Of a DNA stretch of 64,000 nucleotides, positions 25,732 to 39,830 are shown piece after piece. The position numbers were made by a program, and so were the translations under genes. Source of the DNA: Squalus acanthias (taxonomy: Eukaryota). The stretch is taken from the NCBI GenBank assembly GCA_030390025.1, contig CM059432.1, forward strand, positions 59,584,001 to 59,648,000, read 5' to 3'. How positions within the stretch are numbered: position 1 is the stretch's first letter; each line of letters opens with the position of its first letter. Below the pieces are notes generated by a model. The model saw nothing but the letters and a program-made list of their open reading frames with translations, had not been told where the DNA came from and did not search any database.

Positions 25732-27519
25732 AATATTATAATTATAGCCACAGCTTTGGGGGAGATGATCAATATGACCTCCCACACTTTTAGGATTATA
25801 AGATCTTCTCCACACTTCAGTACAGCCAGAACAGCTGGGCTCATTCTGCTTTCCCATCTCTCGACCACAGAGCTGCACCCTTGTAAAACTAGGTCAACGG
25901 CATTTTTAACAATTAACTGTATAGCATGAGATTTTACTATGGTTGCAGCTGCATGCAACAATGTAGGCATGTCAATACAAAACAAACATAAAACCAAGTG
26001 TGTTTATGGAAACAAAACAACATTCAAAGCTAGATTTCAAACTATTGTTACTTGATATCACAATGGGTTAATTCGGGAAAAAAATTATTTAATCAGACTT
26101 GTCAAATATTAACAAGTTCTGAACTATACTGATTCTCATACCTTACACAGGGGAGTCCCTCTGCATTTGAAGGGTAAGCCTTTAATAAGTAACAGGTTAA
26201 GTCGCCTGTGCTGGTTTCAACACTAATACCTAAAGCTAACAAAAATATGGAGAATATGTTTGGTTAAATATAAACATAATCTTCTGACAAATAAATCAAA
26301 AGCACCCACATTTGCAGTTACCCAACAAACACGAGGTTGGATGGTGTGGAAGGCAGTTACTAAGGGCTGCAGGTTGTATTTTCCATTAACAGTATATGCA
26401 AAAAGCAGCTTTCAGGCTTTGGCAGGTCTCTTACCATCCCCTTCCTCATTGTGCCCTCTCCTCATTTCTGTACAACTCCCCTTACACCATCGCCTCCCCT
26501 ATTGATTCACATTCCCACCAATCACTCCTCAAAGCACTCTCCCCTTTCCATCACCTCCTGGCTCCAAGTGTCTCCTGATCCCTTCCCCAGTGACTGTCTT
26601 TTTGACCTCCACTCGAGACTTGGAAAAAGTATCAAGCAGTCTGAACATCCTTTATTGAAGCCAATACAAGATCTCCTCACTAACCCCACAGCGCATCCTT
26701 ATAATGGCGGGGGCACGCTGACTTGAAAGGAAAAAAATAATGAAACTTTCCATCCCCACCTCTGCTGAGGCGAAGTCTTGCCCAAGATATCCTTGTGGGT
26801 ATTGCAGTGCTAGTCACTGCTATAAGCAATCTGACAGTCTTATGTTTAGGGATGTGGCTGTGCTGCCGGATATCTAACTACACAATAGTGAAATTTAGGG
26901 GTGTAACATTAGTGCCCCCATGATTTAAACTGTATATCCGTGTCTTTTCAGCCTCACAGGCCTCTCCAAACACTAAGGAAGACCAAGAATACAGATGGTA
27001 AGAGTACGCCAGATACAAATTGTTCAGCAGTTTAATTTCACAGTACATGAACATATAAAGCAAGTTATCAATGGATTCACTTATTTCAATCAGTACAAGT
27101 TGTCTTTGCGTAATACAAAATAACTAAAGTTCTACACTTCCCCACACCAATGGGTGATCTTACTTGGCAAACAAAATTGCATGCTACATGTGAGCCTTTC
27201 CAATGCTTGGCCTTGCAATTTTCTTCTTGAAAATCTGACTGCCTGTGTCTTGTTTTATTTAAAAAGAATCTCCCTCAGTTCAGAGCCAGAAAGGACAGAG
27301 AGACTTCTCAAACAATGGCCGTGATGTAGTTGCTTAGACAGGTTAGCAAATTGATTTCCAAGTCTATAGGATAATATGAAAGCATTAGCATTCTAGAAAA
27401 ATTAAAAAAATCAGGTGACGTATGTCTTCAGACATTTGAAGTATTATTTCTAGAAATAAGAGATTAAATAGCTCTGGCACCACCATGACTAGGAAGAAAT
27501 CTGGTAGAAGTTGAGAGCC

Positions 27520-28410
27520 CGTTTCACTGCTCAGCTTCATAAATGTACTTTGTGGTGTGGTACCAGGAACATCCTACATTCTATCCCTGGCCTGTGCTAG
27601 TTTACTGACTGCAGCTATGGCAGTGGTGAGGATGTTATAATTTGTCTCGGCACTCAAGCTTGGGAAGGGTGAGGGGGGAAAAATGCCCATGAGAGACTAG
27701 AAAAAGGAAACAAAATGGACACGAGAACCAAAATAAAGGGTGCAGTTGTTTTTACAACTGGCTAGAAGGCTGACAACTACCACTTGCAATATTAATGTTT
27801 GAGAAAAATTTCACACAAATATCAGGGTTCTAGTAAAAGAACATAAATCAAAGTAACATTCCAGCAATATATTTATGACTGATAATATGACCTTGTGAAA
27901 CTGGTTGTTCACTAGATCAGCACTACCGACCACTGTGTAGTGCCTCATTATTTCATGAGTGATTCCATGAACTGCAGATCAGTAATATTGGTAAGTGTCC
28001 TGGGTGCTGCACAACATTGCCTACAGCACATCAGGCTCTATACGTTAAATGCATCTAATGTTGCTGAATTTTTCCCCTGATCCAAGTTGCTGAGTCATGA
28101 CAGGGTACAATTCCATGGGTGGAAGCAACCCCCACAGCATTTCATTGTCATTTTTTGTGAAAGCCTTGGCAGTGCTGGCAAACAATCAGAGTGCATCACA
28201 GCAGAAATTGACCTTGTCCTCATCAGATATCCATATGTGTGCAGTTCCAGCAAATAGTGTGGGGTTGTTGGACAGAAATGTTTCTTTCCTCTTTATGTCA
28301 CTGATACAGAAACCAATTGTCACATCCCTGGCACTGCTCTGGCTGAGATCAGCTAACTCAGCAGAAACTAGGGATCAATTTTAGCACCTTCCTGATCTAC
28401 TGCCATACAA
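27520..28410. mobile_element. Old AmnSINE2-like SINE fragments (plus at about 27520-27690, minus at about 28150-28410)
   Basis: Motif gatccctagtttctgctgagttagctgatctcagcc on minus; related pieces at about 3580-3730 and 59740-59985. Family name is from memory. Confidence 0.5.
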
Positions 28411-29099
28411 AGCAGCACAGGTATCACAGATTAAAGGATTCTGGCAGGAGTTGATTCCATGACTAGGAGGAAATCTGTTAGAAGTTGTTGAGACCCCCTT
28501 TCACTGCTCAACTTCATAAATGTATTTTGTGGTGTGGTACTTTAGCATGTAGACCAGGAACATTCTACATTCGATCCCTGGGGTTCACTAAATTAAGTCA
28601 ATAGAATGGAGTTACAGTAAACTACCTTAAATATTTAAAAGCTGATAAATAATAAGTATACTGCTGCTGGTACAAATTGATACATCATTCTTAAGAATAT
28701 TGGCACCAGTATTATAGCACATTTTTGGTACCAAATGAAAATCTCAGCATAGCAAAACAGAAGCATAAGATTTTATAGCAGAAAGAGTCTACTGAATTAC
28801 TAAAATATATCCATGTAAATCAATTCATGATTCCATAATACCACTTCCTGTTAAACATAACTTTTTTTCTCCATCAGCATCTGATAAGCTGAAAATATCT
28901 GTTTAGACAGGTGGTATAACAATTGAAGGAAAATGGGATGTTCTTCTTCCAGCAGAACACTAAAGGTTATAATCATACTATTTCCCCATGTGCACACCAA
29001 AACACTATAAGCATCACTTAACCAGACAGCTCCACATACCTTATCCAAAACACACGAGGCTTTCTTTAAAATTTGCTCATAGGATGCAGGTGATGTGGT

Positions 29100-30470
29100 C
29101 AAGGCCATATATACTACTACCCATACCTAGTTGTTCTGAGATGGTGATGGTCAGCCCTCAGCACCCATCCAGAGGAGTGGTGAGTATTCCATAACATTCG
29201 TGACTGAGTCTTGTAGGTGGTAGGGCTCTTTCAGGGGTCAGGAGGTTAGATACATGTCACAGAATACCCAGCCTGTGCTCTACTCTTATATCCGTGATGA
29301 TGATACAGCTGGTCATTGTTGAACTTCTGGTCAGAGTTGACCACTGCCTCCCCACCCAAAATGTTAATAGTTAGAGATTTGACAATGATGGTGCCACTGA
29401 AGACCAGGGAGAGATTTTCAATGCCTGGCACATAAGTTGCACAAATGCTACTTGCCGCGTCAGCCCAAACCTAGATATTGTCTAAATCCTGAAGGCTGGC
29501 ATGGGTTGCTTCACCATAGGAGGAATTTCTGAATGGAATCATTAGCAAATAACCCCTTTCCTGACCTTATGATGAAGAGATCATCTTTGACGAAGCAGCT
29601 GAATACGATTGGGCCAAGGATGCTTCCCTGCGGAACTCCTGGGGGCTGTGATGATTGGCCTCTGACAACCACAACCATCTTCCGAATTGTCAAATATAGC
29701 TCCAGCCACTGGAGGATTTTCCCTTTAACCCTCAGTGTCCTCAGACTTGCTAAGCTTTTGGATGCCATATTAAGGTTGAATTCTGCAACACTCATCTCTT
29801 CTCTGCCATTCTGCTGAAGTCCGGAGCCGGGTGGCTCTGATGGAATTGAGCCCCAGCACTGCTTAATGGCACTACTAATGACTCCTTCCATCACATTGCT
29901 GCTGATTGGGAGGCAAGCGATAGGCTGGAATGTATTCAGTTTTTTGGTGATAGGACATACCTGAGCTGGGCAATTTTCCACATCGTCAGGTAGATGCCAA
30001 TGTTATTGCTCTTAAACAGTTTGGATGGATGGGGGTGGGGGAGAGAGAAGAGAAGAGAAGAAAGCTAGTTCTGTTGTGCAGGTCCAACACTACAGCCAGG
30101 ATGTTGTCCGCAGAGCACCGCAGCTTTCCAGCGCACTTAGCCGCTTATTCCACAATGATGACGACCTTAAGGGCAGACTGAGAACAGCTTGCTTGCCATT
30201 TTTATCTGAAAATACTTGCAAACACTTCAGTCTCAGCTTTTGCACTTGTGTGCTAGACTCCACCATGGCTGAAGATAGAAAATTTCATGGAACCTCCTCC
30301 TCCTGTTAGATTCCCGATTGTTGGCTGAATATGGTAGAGCTACAGATCTTTGCTCTGATCTGTTGGTTGAGAGATTGCGCAAGTCTGTCTACAGCCTACT
30401 GCATTTGGCATTTAGCATGAAGGTAGTCCTGTGTTGTAGCTTCACTAGGTTGGTACCTCATTTTAAAAGG
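29100..30470 (-). mobile_element. Old degenerate copy of the Zenon-like LINE (RT region)
   Basis: ORF 29511-29981 has VMEGVISSAIKQ and GVPQGSILGPIVFSCF. Confidence 0.8.
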
Positions 30471-31269
30471 TATCCCTGGCACACCTTTCCTGTAACTGCA
30501 TCTGCTTCTTTCCCATTCTGTAATTCTTCTGCGTTGCACTCAGTTTGTCTTCCACCCTTTTTATGTCAGACACTATTCTCACTGTGGCATCCATCACCAA
30601 CTTTCTTAGTGTCTTATTCTTTGTGTTTCTCCTCCCATCTCTTCTGTATGTGTGCAGTGTCCATGTGTTTCTCACACTTGTTCCTTTTAACGATATATGC
30701 AATACCTATCCGTTACCTTTAAGTCTAGGATGCACAGAAAGATGACAGGCAACATGAACAAGAGAGAAGCAGGAAGAGCTGGTGTAACATGAGAGGTTGA
30801 GAGGGATGACAGGACTGAAGGTAAATTCAGGAGGAACCAGGCAATGTGGCAGAAAGGTGTTATAATTAGTGGGAGCTAGCAGAGAGGGCAATGGCAGAAC
30901 CCGAGTGCTCCTGAGGTAATGAAGTATGGGATCAATAGGGATTGGGAATATGCTGAGACTGCAGTCTTGGCATGGTAGGATTTGGGAATCACCTGGTTTT
31001 GGCAGCATTCATGGGAAGGGCGAGGGAACTGGAAACAATGGGAGAGAAGGATATAGTTTCTGGTAATACTCAGGGGAGTGCAAGAGTATTCAAGGGAGAA
31101 AATGTGGAGACGGTGAGCACTCAGGAGGTTCCAGGCAGTCAAGGAAGAGCTTTGGAGTATCAGAGGCTCAGCACTAGATGGAATGGGCTCTGTGGTGTGG
31201 CTGCAATGTGGGAGATAACGAAGCAGCATATGCCAGCCTACAACAGGATAAGTTCTAGAGGTGGGCTGA

Positions 31270-34200
31270 CAAGTGGTAGGTAACATTTGCTCTACATCTT
31301 GAACAAGAGAAAGCCCACCCACCTCCCCATGACCTTTAATGGAACCAGAGTTCCCCCACTGGGGGTCACCACTGACCAGAAAGTGAACTGGACTTGCCAC
31401 ATCATTTACCTAGCCCCACAGAAAGTTGATTGTTAGTTACAAAAGCAGGACAAAGTCTGGGTACTCTGACAAATTACTCACTTTCTGACCCCTCAAAGCC
31501 TCTCCACCAGACAAGATTCAAGTCAAGAGTGTGATGGAATACTCACCTGGAAGGGTACAGCCGCAACAACACTCAAGCAGCTAAACACAATCCAAGGCAG
31601 AGCAGTTCATTAGATTGGTGCCCCATGCCACTCTACTCTATATCCATCCCCTCCATCACTGGTGCACTGTGGCCAGTATTTATTGCCATCCCTAATTGCC
31701 CTTGAGAAGGTGATGGTGAGCCGCCTTCTTGAACCTCTACAGTCTGTGTGGTGAAGGTACGCCCACAGTGCTGTTAGGGAGGGAGTTCCAGGATTTTGAC
31801 CCAGCAACAATGATGGAATAGCGATACATTTCCAAGTCAGGATGGTGTGTGACTTGGAGGGGAACTTGGAGGTGATTGTGTTCCCATGCGCCTGCTGCCC
31901 TTGTCCTTCTAGGCGATACAGGTCACGGGTTTGGGAGGTGCTGTCAAAGAAGCCTTGGCGAGTTGCTGCAGTGCATCTTGTCGATGGTACACACTGCAGC
32001 CACGGTGCAGCGGTGGTGGAGGGAGTGAATGCTTAAGTGGTGGATGGGGTGCCAATCAAGTGGACTGCTTTGTCCTGGATGGTGTTGAGCTTCTTGAGTG
32101 CTGTTGGAGCTGCACTCATCCAGGCAAGTGGAAAGTGTTCAATCTCACTCCTGACTTGTGCCTTGTAGATGGTGGAAAGACTTTGGGGAGTCAGGGGGTG
32201 AGACGCTCACCGCAGAATATCCAGCCTTTGACCTGCTCTTCTGGCCACACTATACATGTGGCTGGTCCAGTTAAGTTTATGGTCAATGGTGACCCCCCCA
32301 GGATGTTGATGGTGCGGGATTCGACGATGGTAATGCCATTGAATGTCAAGGGGTGGTGGTTAGACTCTCTCTTGTTGGAGATAGTCATTGCCTGGCACTT
32401 GAGTGGCGCAAATGTTACTTGCCACTTATCAGCCCAAGCCTGAATGTCATTCAGGTCTTGCTACATGCGGGCACAGACTGCTTCATTATTCTGAGGAGTT
32501 GCGAAAGGAATGAACACTGTAATCATCAGCGAACATCCCCACTTGCAGCTGAAGATGGTTGGGCCTAGGACACTGCCCTGAGGAACTTCTACAGCGATGT
32601 CCTGGGACTAAGATGATTGGCCTCCAACAACCACAACCACCTTCCTTTGTGCTTAGTAATGACTCCAGCCTGTGGAGAGTTCTCCCCCTGATTCCCATTG
32701 ACTTCAATTTTACTGGGGCTCATTGATGCCACACTCAGTTAAATGCTGCCTTGATGTCAAGGGCAGTCACTCTCAACTCACCTCTGGAATTCAGCTCTTT
32801 TGTTCGTGTTTGGACCAAGGCTGTGGAGCCAAGTGGTCCTGGCAGAACCCAAACTGAGCATTGGTGAGCAGGTTATTGGTGAGTAAGTGCTGCTTGATAG
32901 CACTGTCAACGATACCTTCCATCACTTTGCTGATGATTGAGAGTAGACTGATGGAGCGGTAATTGGCCAGATTGGATTTGTTCTGCTTTTTGTTGACGGA
33001 CATACCTGGGCAATTTTTCACATTGTCAGGTGGATGCCAATGTTGTAGCTTTACTGGAACAGCTTGGCTAGAGGCGCGGCTAGTTCCAGAGCACAAGCCT
33101 TCAGCACTACAGCTGGGATGTTGTCGGGGCCCACAGCCTTTGCTGTATCCAGTGCGCTCAGCCATTTCTTAATATCATGTGGAGTGAATCGAATTGGCTG
33201 AAGACTGGCTTCTGTGATGGTGGGGACCTCAGGAGGCCGAGATGCATCATCTAGCTGAAGATGGTTATGAATGCTTCAGCCTCGTCTTTTGCACTCATAT
33301 GCTGGGCTCTGCCATCATTAAGGATAAAGATGTTAATGGAGCCTCCTCCTTCCATTAGCTGTTTAATTATTCACCACCATTCACGACTGGATGTGGCAGG
33401 AATGCAGAGCTTTGATCGGTTTTGGTATTGCTTAGCTCTCGTTGTGGGATCGCTTAGCATGCTGTTTCCATGGTTTAGCATTTGTGTAGTCCTGTGTTGT
33501 ACCTTTACCAGGTTGGCACCTCATTTTCAGGTATGTCTGGTGCTGCTCCTGGCATGTACTTCTACACTCCTCATTGAACCAGGGTTGGTCCCCTGGCTTG
33601 ATGGTAATGGTAATGTAGAGCGAGGGATATGCCGGACCATGAAGTTACAGATTGTGGTGGAATACAATTCTGCTGCTGGCCCACAGCGTCTCATGGAGGC
33701 TCAGTTTTGAGCTGCTAGATCTGTTCTGAATCTATCCCATTTAGCATAGTGGTAGTGCCACACAACACGATGGAGAGCGCCCTCAGTGTGAAGACAGGAT
33801 TTAATCTCCACAAGGATTGTGCGGTAATCACTCCTACAAACACTGTCATGGACAGATGCATCAGTGACAGGTAGATTAGTGAGAACGAGGTCAAGTAGGT
33901 TTTTCCCCTCGTGTTGGTTCTCTCACCACCCAGTCTGGCAGCTATGTCCTTCAGGACTCAGCCAGCTTGGTTAGTAGTGGTGCTACCGAGCCACTCTTGG
34001 TGATGGACTCCCCCACCCAGAGTATGTTCTGTGTCCTTGCCACCCTCAGTGCTTCTCCCAAGTGGTGGTCAACATGAAGGAGTACTGATTCATCAGCTGA
34101 GGGAGGGCAGTAGGTGGTAATCAGCAGGAGGTTTCCTTGCCCATGTTTGACCTGATGCCATGAGACTTCATGGGGTCCGGAGTCAATGTTGAAGTCTCCG

Positions 34201-34660
34201 AGGGCCACTCCCTCCCGACTGTATACCACTGTGCCGCCACCTCTGGTGCATCTGTCCTGCCAGTATTGGTAGGAGTGACCACCGCACATTCCTTGTGGAG
34301 ATGAAATCCCATCTTCAGGCTGAGGACACTCTCCATCGTATTGTGTGGCACTACCACCATGCTAAATGGGATAGATTCAGAACAGCATCTGCTTCCTGTA
34401 ATTTTACCACCAAGAAGTACAAGAGCAGCAACGTTGTGGGAATACCATCACCTCAAAGTCACGCATCATCCTGACTTAGACATTACATCACCTTCTTTCA
34501 TTGTCGTCAGGTCAGAATTCTGGAATTTGCTACCTAACACCATTGTGGAATCAGCATCACAACAAGGACTACAATGGTTCAAGGAGAAAGCCCACCACTA
34601 CCTTCTCAGGGCAACAAATGTGGCCTTGCCTATATCGCCCACATGCAAGAACAAAAATGC
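31270..34660. mobile_element. Zenon-like LINE copy C (minus, about 31670-34262, with an inverted segment at 34261-34390) inside an older plus-strand copy (about 31270-31670 and 34390-34660)
   Basis: NYRSISLLSIISKVMEG and HQVKHGQGNLLLITTY on minus; the flanking plus-strand pieces are collinear 3' portions of the same family. Confidence 0.85.
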
Positions 34661-36189
34661 ACTGGGATGGGACATGGGTGAACTGTGGGTATGTAGATTG
34701 GAGGGGGACTAGATTATGGCAATGTTGAGAAGGTGGATATGCTTTGGGAGCACAGGGGTGGGGAGGAGAAGACTTGGACTCGGTAAGTGGGTGAGCAGGA
34801 AGGACCATGGGCAGGCAGATGAGCTAGCCTGGAAGGCCTCAGACTGAGTTAACTGCAGCGTGGGAGTACATTCCATTGCTATGGCAGCACATGGAACTTG
34901 AGGCCATCTCACCCAACAACAGCTTGCATTTATGTAGTGCCTTTAATGTAGGAAAAACAATTAAAATGATCTAGGCTCTAAAAAACATGGCCTAGTTTGA
35001 AAAATAATGTACAAATTGGACATATTTTTCCCAAACTCTAGACTACGTAAACTACACTAGTAACATTCAACACACATGTATAACAATAGAGTAAGTCCAG
35101 CTCTCCCCAACAAAGTGAGGATTTTCTTTTGGGGAGGGGGGGGGCGCGCGCAGGGAAGGGAAGCAAGAAATAAATATTTTCCTGGAGCATTCTACCTTTT
35201 GAAACAAAAATGTATCCACTACTTTATATATAGGACATTGAATTATTTGCTTTGAATATTAGAATTGATCCTTTGAACCAGAAGGAATTAACTGTAAAGT
35301 CACTGCTGGAGAGAGAACATTAATCTTTAGATTCCAATCAAGAGATTGACAAAGAAATCAGGAAGCAAGCACATAAAACACAGTACCCAGTGTATAGTGG
35401 TATAAAGCCACTCACTGTTCAAATCCAGGGACTGCAGAAGAAATAGAGCTCACATTGCCTCGGCTTTTATATTATCCAGAAGCAAAAGATTGGCAGAAAA
35501 CTACAGAACTTACTGTGCATCTGCCTTTTAAAAAAAAAAATTTAAAAAGCAAATTTTTCTTCCATTTATTTACCAGTTCTATGAGAATTATGTGTAAAGA
35601 AAACATGGACCCCTCACAAACCAGCAACATCCCACCCAAAATTTTCTTTATTGTTTTGTACAATGAATTTGCATGTTCCCAGGTCATGATCTGAAACACA
35701 GTACATGCTACACTTCAGATTACACTCTACTTGTAGGAACAGACATTGAGGGTCATATATAATTCATTGAAACATTGAACGTTATAGCATAGAAGCAGGC
35801 CAGTTGGGTCATCAGGTTTGTGCTCGTGTTTGTCTCCACATTAGCCACCGAGTCTAATCCCACTTTCCTGCTCATTCCCCAAATCCTTCAATATTCCTGG
35901 TGTAAGCAACTATTTAATTCCCTGTTAAAATAATTTATGGACTCTGCTTCAACAATGGTTTATATCAAATCCACATTCTAACCACCCTCAACATTTAGGA
36001 CAAGTGAAAGAGGTGGGGAGCATTATGGAGCTTACTCTTCCCAGCAGTGAGATGGACAAGCTGCTCCTCCACCTGTCCAGGTCAGCAGGTATGCTCAGAA
36101 GACAGGAGGGGACTTTTTTTGTGAAGTCTTGGGAATTTGGGCAGCACTATGTACCCAAAACCCCTTTGTCCAGGCAAAGAGATAGGGCT

Positions 36190-36329
36190 AAAAATAACAG
36201 ACGAAAGGTCTTCGACCTGAAACGTTAACTCTGTTTCTCTCTCCACGGATGCTGCCTGGCCTGCTGAGTTTTTCCAGCGTTTTCTGTTGTTATTTCGGAT
36301 TTCCAGCATCCGCAGTATTTTGCTATCGT
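36190..36329 (+). mobile_element. Short Penelope-associated element with hammerhead-like core
   Basis: cagacga-a-aggtc-ttc-gacct-gaaacgtt; 14-bp TSD aaagagatagggct (36176-36189 / 36330-36343). Confidence 0.82.
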
Positions 36330-36344
36330 AAAGAGATAGGGCTC

Positions 36345-38800
36345 TTGTACTTGCGTTAGGATATTCAGGGCACAGATTCCCTCTACATATTTTGAAGGGG
36401 TTAAGTTTGTAACCAGAGTTATTTGGTGGTCTGGAAGTTGCAGGAACAGGGAAGATGCCATCTGTATAAAGTAGCCTTTTAAATTCCACTGGCATATTAA
36501 CCCCTAATTGCAGGGATTAATTTTTATTGTGAAGTTCTGCAGACAGGATAAAGCCAACACTGCCTGGTCTCCTGTTAGAGAGGGAATATGAATGTGCAAC
36601 CATTAGTTCGCATTGAGAATGAGAGGTTGGAGTAAAGGGTTTTTAGCTGTTGCTTGAACAAATCTTGAAAGGCAATCCATTCAAGTACAGGAAGTAGGCA
36701 GCTTCACTACCTGGCTAAAAGTTTTTTCTACATCCCGAGTGGTTATGTTTATGCTGCTGCAGTGTTGCACAACTCTGTACAATTGCCTGGTATAATCCAC
36801 CACCGGTCATCCTCAGAGGACCCTGCTTTGATCTCGGTGGATTAGTCCATGGCGATTGAGTCTAGCCTGCAGGCCATAGTTTTGGGCAATATTACAGTGG
36901 AGGACTGATATGGGGTTCTTGAGGTACTTGATATTTTATGTATTAGAGTGATTGTGGTTGAGTTCAAGGATTCTGGGAGGGTGCCCACCACCAGTAGGTA
37001 GTGGAATAGCTTGATCAGCGTAAGGGACATCAGAGAGGAAGTTTTGCAGTACTTACGAACATACAATGACTGATGGGTAAAGACACTCTAGTCCATCAAG
37101 CCTGTCCCACAAAATTGCGATACCTTGCGTATCACAAAATATACACTCTAGCCCACCTGAAACCATGTGAGCTCCTGGGAGAGGCGAAAATCCAGATAAA
37201 AAACCCAGGCCAATTTGGGGGAAAAAATCTGGGAAATTCCTTTCCGACCGATCAAGGCGATCGAAACTTGTCCCGGAGTTCACTCTGGCCCTGAATTCCC
37301 TGCAGTGCCTACCTTCTGTAAGAGGTGATCTCCGCCCCAGCCAGAAACAGGTCCAACTCTCGCTTGAAGGAATCCAGCAAATCAGCATCACCGCACGAGA
37401 CGGCAGCCTGTCCCACTATTCTCTGGGAAAAGAGCCACCTTCTGACATCTAACCTAGATCTGGCCTTATACAACTTAAATTTGCGACACCTGGTCCTCCC
37501 TAACCTATTTAATTGAAGCAAACTGTCAACTGGAACACAATCTATTCCCTTCATTATCTTCTAAACCTCAATCAGATCACCTCCAAGTCTACACTTCTTT
37601 AAAGTGTAGAGTCCCAACTCTTTTAGCCTATCTTGATAACCAAGATGCTTTAAACTGGGAATTAGTGGCCCTGTGAACCCTTTCCAAAGCCTCAATATCA
37701 CCCACTGTGTGAGGAGACCAAAACTGGACACAGTATTCCAAGTGCCTGACTACTTGCAGGGAATCCCATCTGATCCTGGAGTTTTGCCAAATTTATGACA
37801 ACTTTTTGAATCTCATTACCTGACACTAGCATCCAGCACCTGCAATTTTCCTCTGTGAAGTTTTCTGATATGTGGCCTGCATTTCAGATGTAGAGGGAGA
37901 TGTAGTGCCTGGTAAGTTCTTTGTTGATTTCAGTGGGGTTGTTTGAGGCGGGTTCTACTCCAGCAGTATGCACAGTATATGCCAAGAATTTTCCTGGTTT
38001 GTCTGTGTCTCATAGTACTTTGCCTTAGTATAGCAGAGCATCCATTTCGTGCCCAAATAGCGCAGATAGTTGAGGTATCCCCTACCCTGGATCAGGGCCT
38101 TTTTTAATTAAAAAAAGCTCTTGGGGTACAGCTTCCCACATAGGAATTCTAGTTATCCCCACTCTCCCATCTAGTCATAGATCTGGATTTGGCGTCCTTT
38201 ATTTGGGCATAATATGCTATTATTTGGCCCAAGGTCTATTTTTGTAACATTGCTGGAGAGATATTGGGGCTTTCATTCCAAGAGATAAACTGGGTTAGTC
38301 ATGTGCCCATGGAGGTCATGAGTTCAAGATCACCTAGAAAGGAGGGTTGAGACACAAAGGTCATGGCTGGGGTGTTGAGGCTTCCAGATCTGATATGTTC
38401 TTTCGTGCCTGCTGGAGAGGCAAGTGTGTGATTGCAGATAGTGATCACACTGCCACTGCAAGGTGAGGCTCTTTCAGGTAAAAGCAGTCCAGTCTGGAAT
38501 ATGACTTGTGTAGGTTGAAGTAATAGGTAAATGTTCCCTGTTGGGTAGAAGGCATACCATACATTTTCAAGGCCTTGGTCTCAGTCCTGGTCACAATGGT
38601 TGCCTGTCCAGTGTGTCCTAGGTCTGTAGGGAGCCAGTTGAGGTGTGGGTACAGCTCAGGTCACCTCCCAACCATCATTTTGCCCTCCATTTGGGATGCC
38701 AGCATTTGTAATACTGCTGTGGGAAATGTAGGAAACAATGTCACAAATGCAATGTGCTATGGTTTCCAGCATTAGGCTGAAACTGGTGGGAGAGAGGGCC
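36345..38800 (-). mobile_element. Very old L1/Tx1-like LINE remnant, interrupted by a CR1
   Basis: Minus-strand residues resemble the L1 endonuclease (TYY...HKSYSRLDCF near 38480-38560) and RT (LPESLNSTTITLIHK, MACRL, ETRQ). Confidence 0.5.
37055..37750 (-). mobile_element. CR1 3' fragment with a long distinct 3' UTR
   Basis: ORF 37309-37554 KARSRLDVRRWLFSQRIV...FKRELD. Confidence 0.85.
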
Positions 38801-38929
38801 TGTTGGGAGCTGCTCTTACTGTAGCTCAGCACCCAATTCCATACTTATTTAATAGTATGTTGGGGCTTTTTGGTGGTGGTGCACGAGATGGGGTTTCAGT
38901 CGTTTCCTTCTGCATCTGCACCTGGGAAA

Positions 38930-39630
38930 ATCTCTCCATGTGGTTTACAATTGCACTCTCAAACTCCCAAATGCTTTGTGCAACTACTCCCTCACCTCCA
39001 CTTTTAATGCCCTTGTCCCCAACAAAACCTTCAATGTCTCCGAACCCTGTTATTCCTCTGATATTACCCTCACCTTCACTCCCTCAAGTCCAAGGAATGC
39101 AAACCTGAATAAACTTGGTGCACAATTGGCATAATCATCCATTTCCAGATCTGGCTGAAACAAATCAAGGTCTACTGGGCCTAACTGTCCTCTGCCAAAA
39201 CTGCCCACTACCTCAGGATCATCCTGGAAGACAAAAATAATCCAAATCTCCTTTTCTCCAGTGCCAATCACCTCCTTAAACCCCTCTACTCTGCCCCTTC
39301 CACCCTCATCTGTAAAATGCAAGTAGCTCATGGATTTCATCACGATAGAGACTACTTCTGCTGCTTCTCCCTTTTCTCAGGGCAAACCTTCCCCACTCTC
39401 CTAACCCTGAATCAACATGTCTCTAGTTTCTCTGCCACTTCATTCACGAGAGTCACGAAACTCCTGACCACCCAACTCCCTTCCTGGCCCCCCATAGTAA
39501 CTGACATTGTAAATGTTTCCCCTCCTCAGGCATTGTCCCTTTCACTTTCTAAACTACCGTCATCACCCATCTCCTCAAAAAGAAACACCTCCAACTCTTG
39601 TGCATCCTCCCTCCCTTTGCTCCTTTTAAA
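38930..39630 (+). mobile_element. Old L2 LINE internal fragment
   Basis: Pyrimidine-rich degenerate LTSTFNALVP, KLLTTQLP and DIVN..S segments typical of L2 ORF2. Confidence 0.6.
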
Positions 39631-39830
39631 AGGAATAGGGCAGAGAGATTATGACAGGTCAGGCCAATCACCTAATGGTATTGACAGCAGTTAGAGAGAA
39701 TAGTGTCACCTAGATCAAATATTCGTACTAGCACAGTTTCAAGCGACCCTCTAGAAGACATTAATCAGTCGTGCATCCATTTTAGTGGGAGCTGTAGCTC
39801 TAAAATGCTGAAGCTCTGCCTTGGTAGAAT

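Noticed and set aside
25579..25997. ORFs with CV/HT repeats
   Set aside because: Translation artefacts of the (AC)n microsatellite.
30476..31260. ORFs between LINE fragments
   Set aside because: No recognisable motifs; probably decayed repeat sequence.
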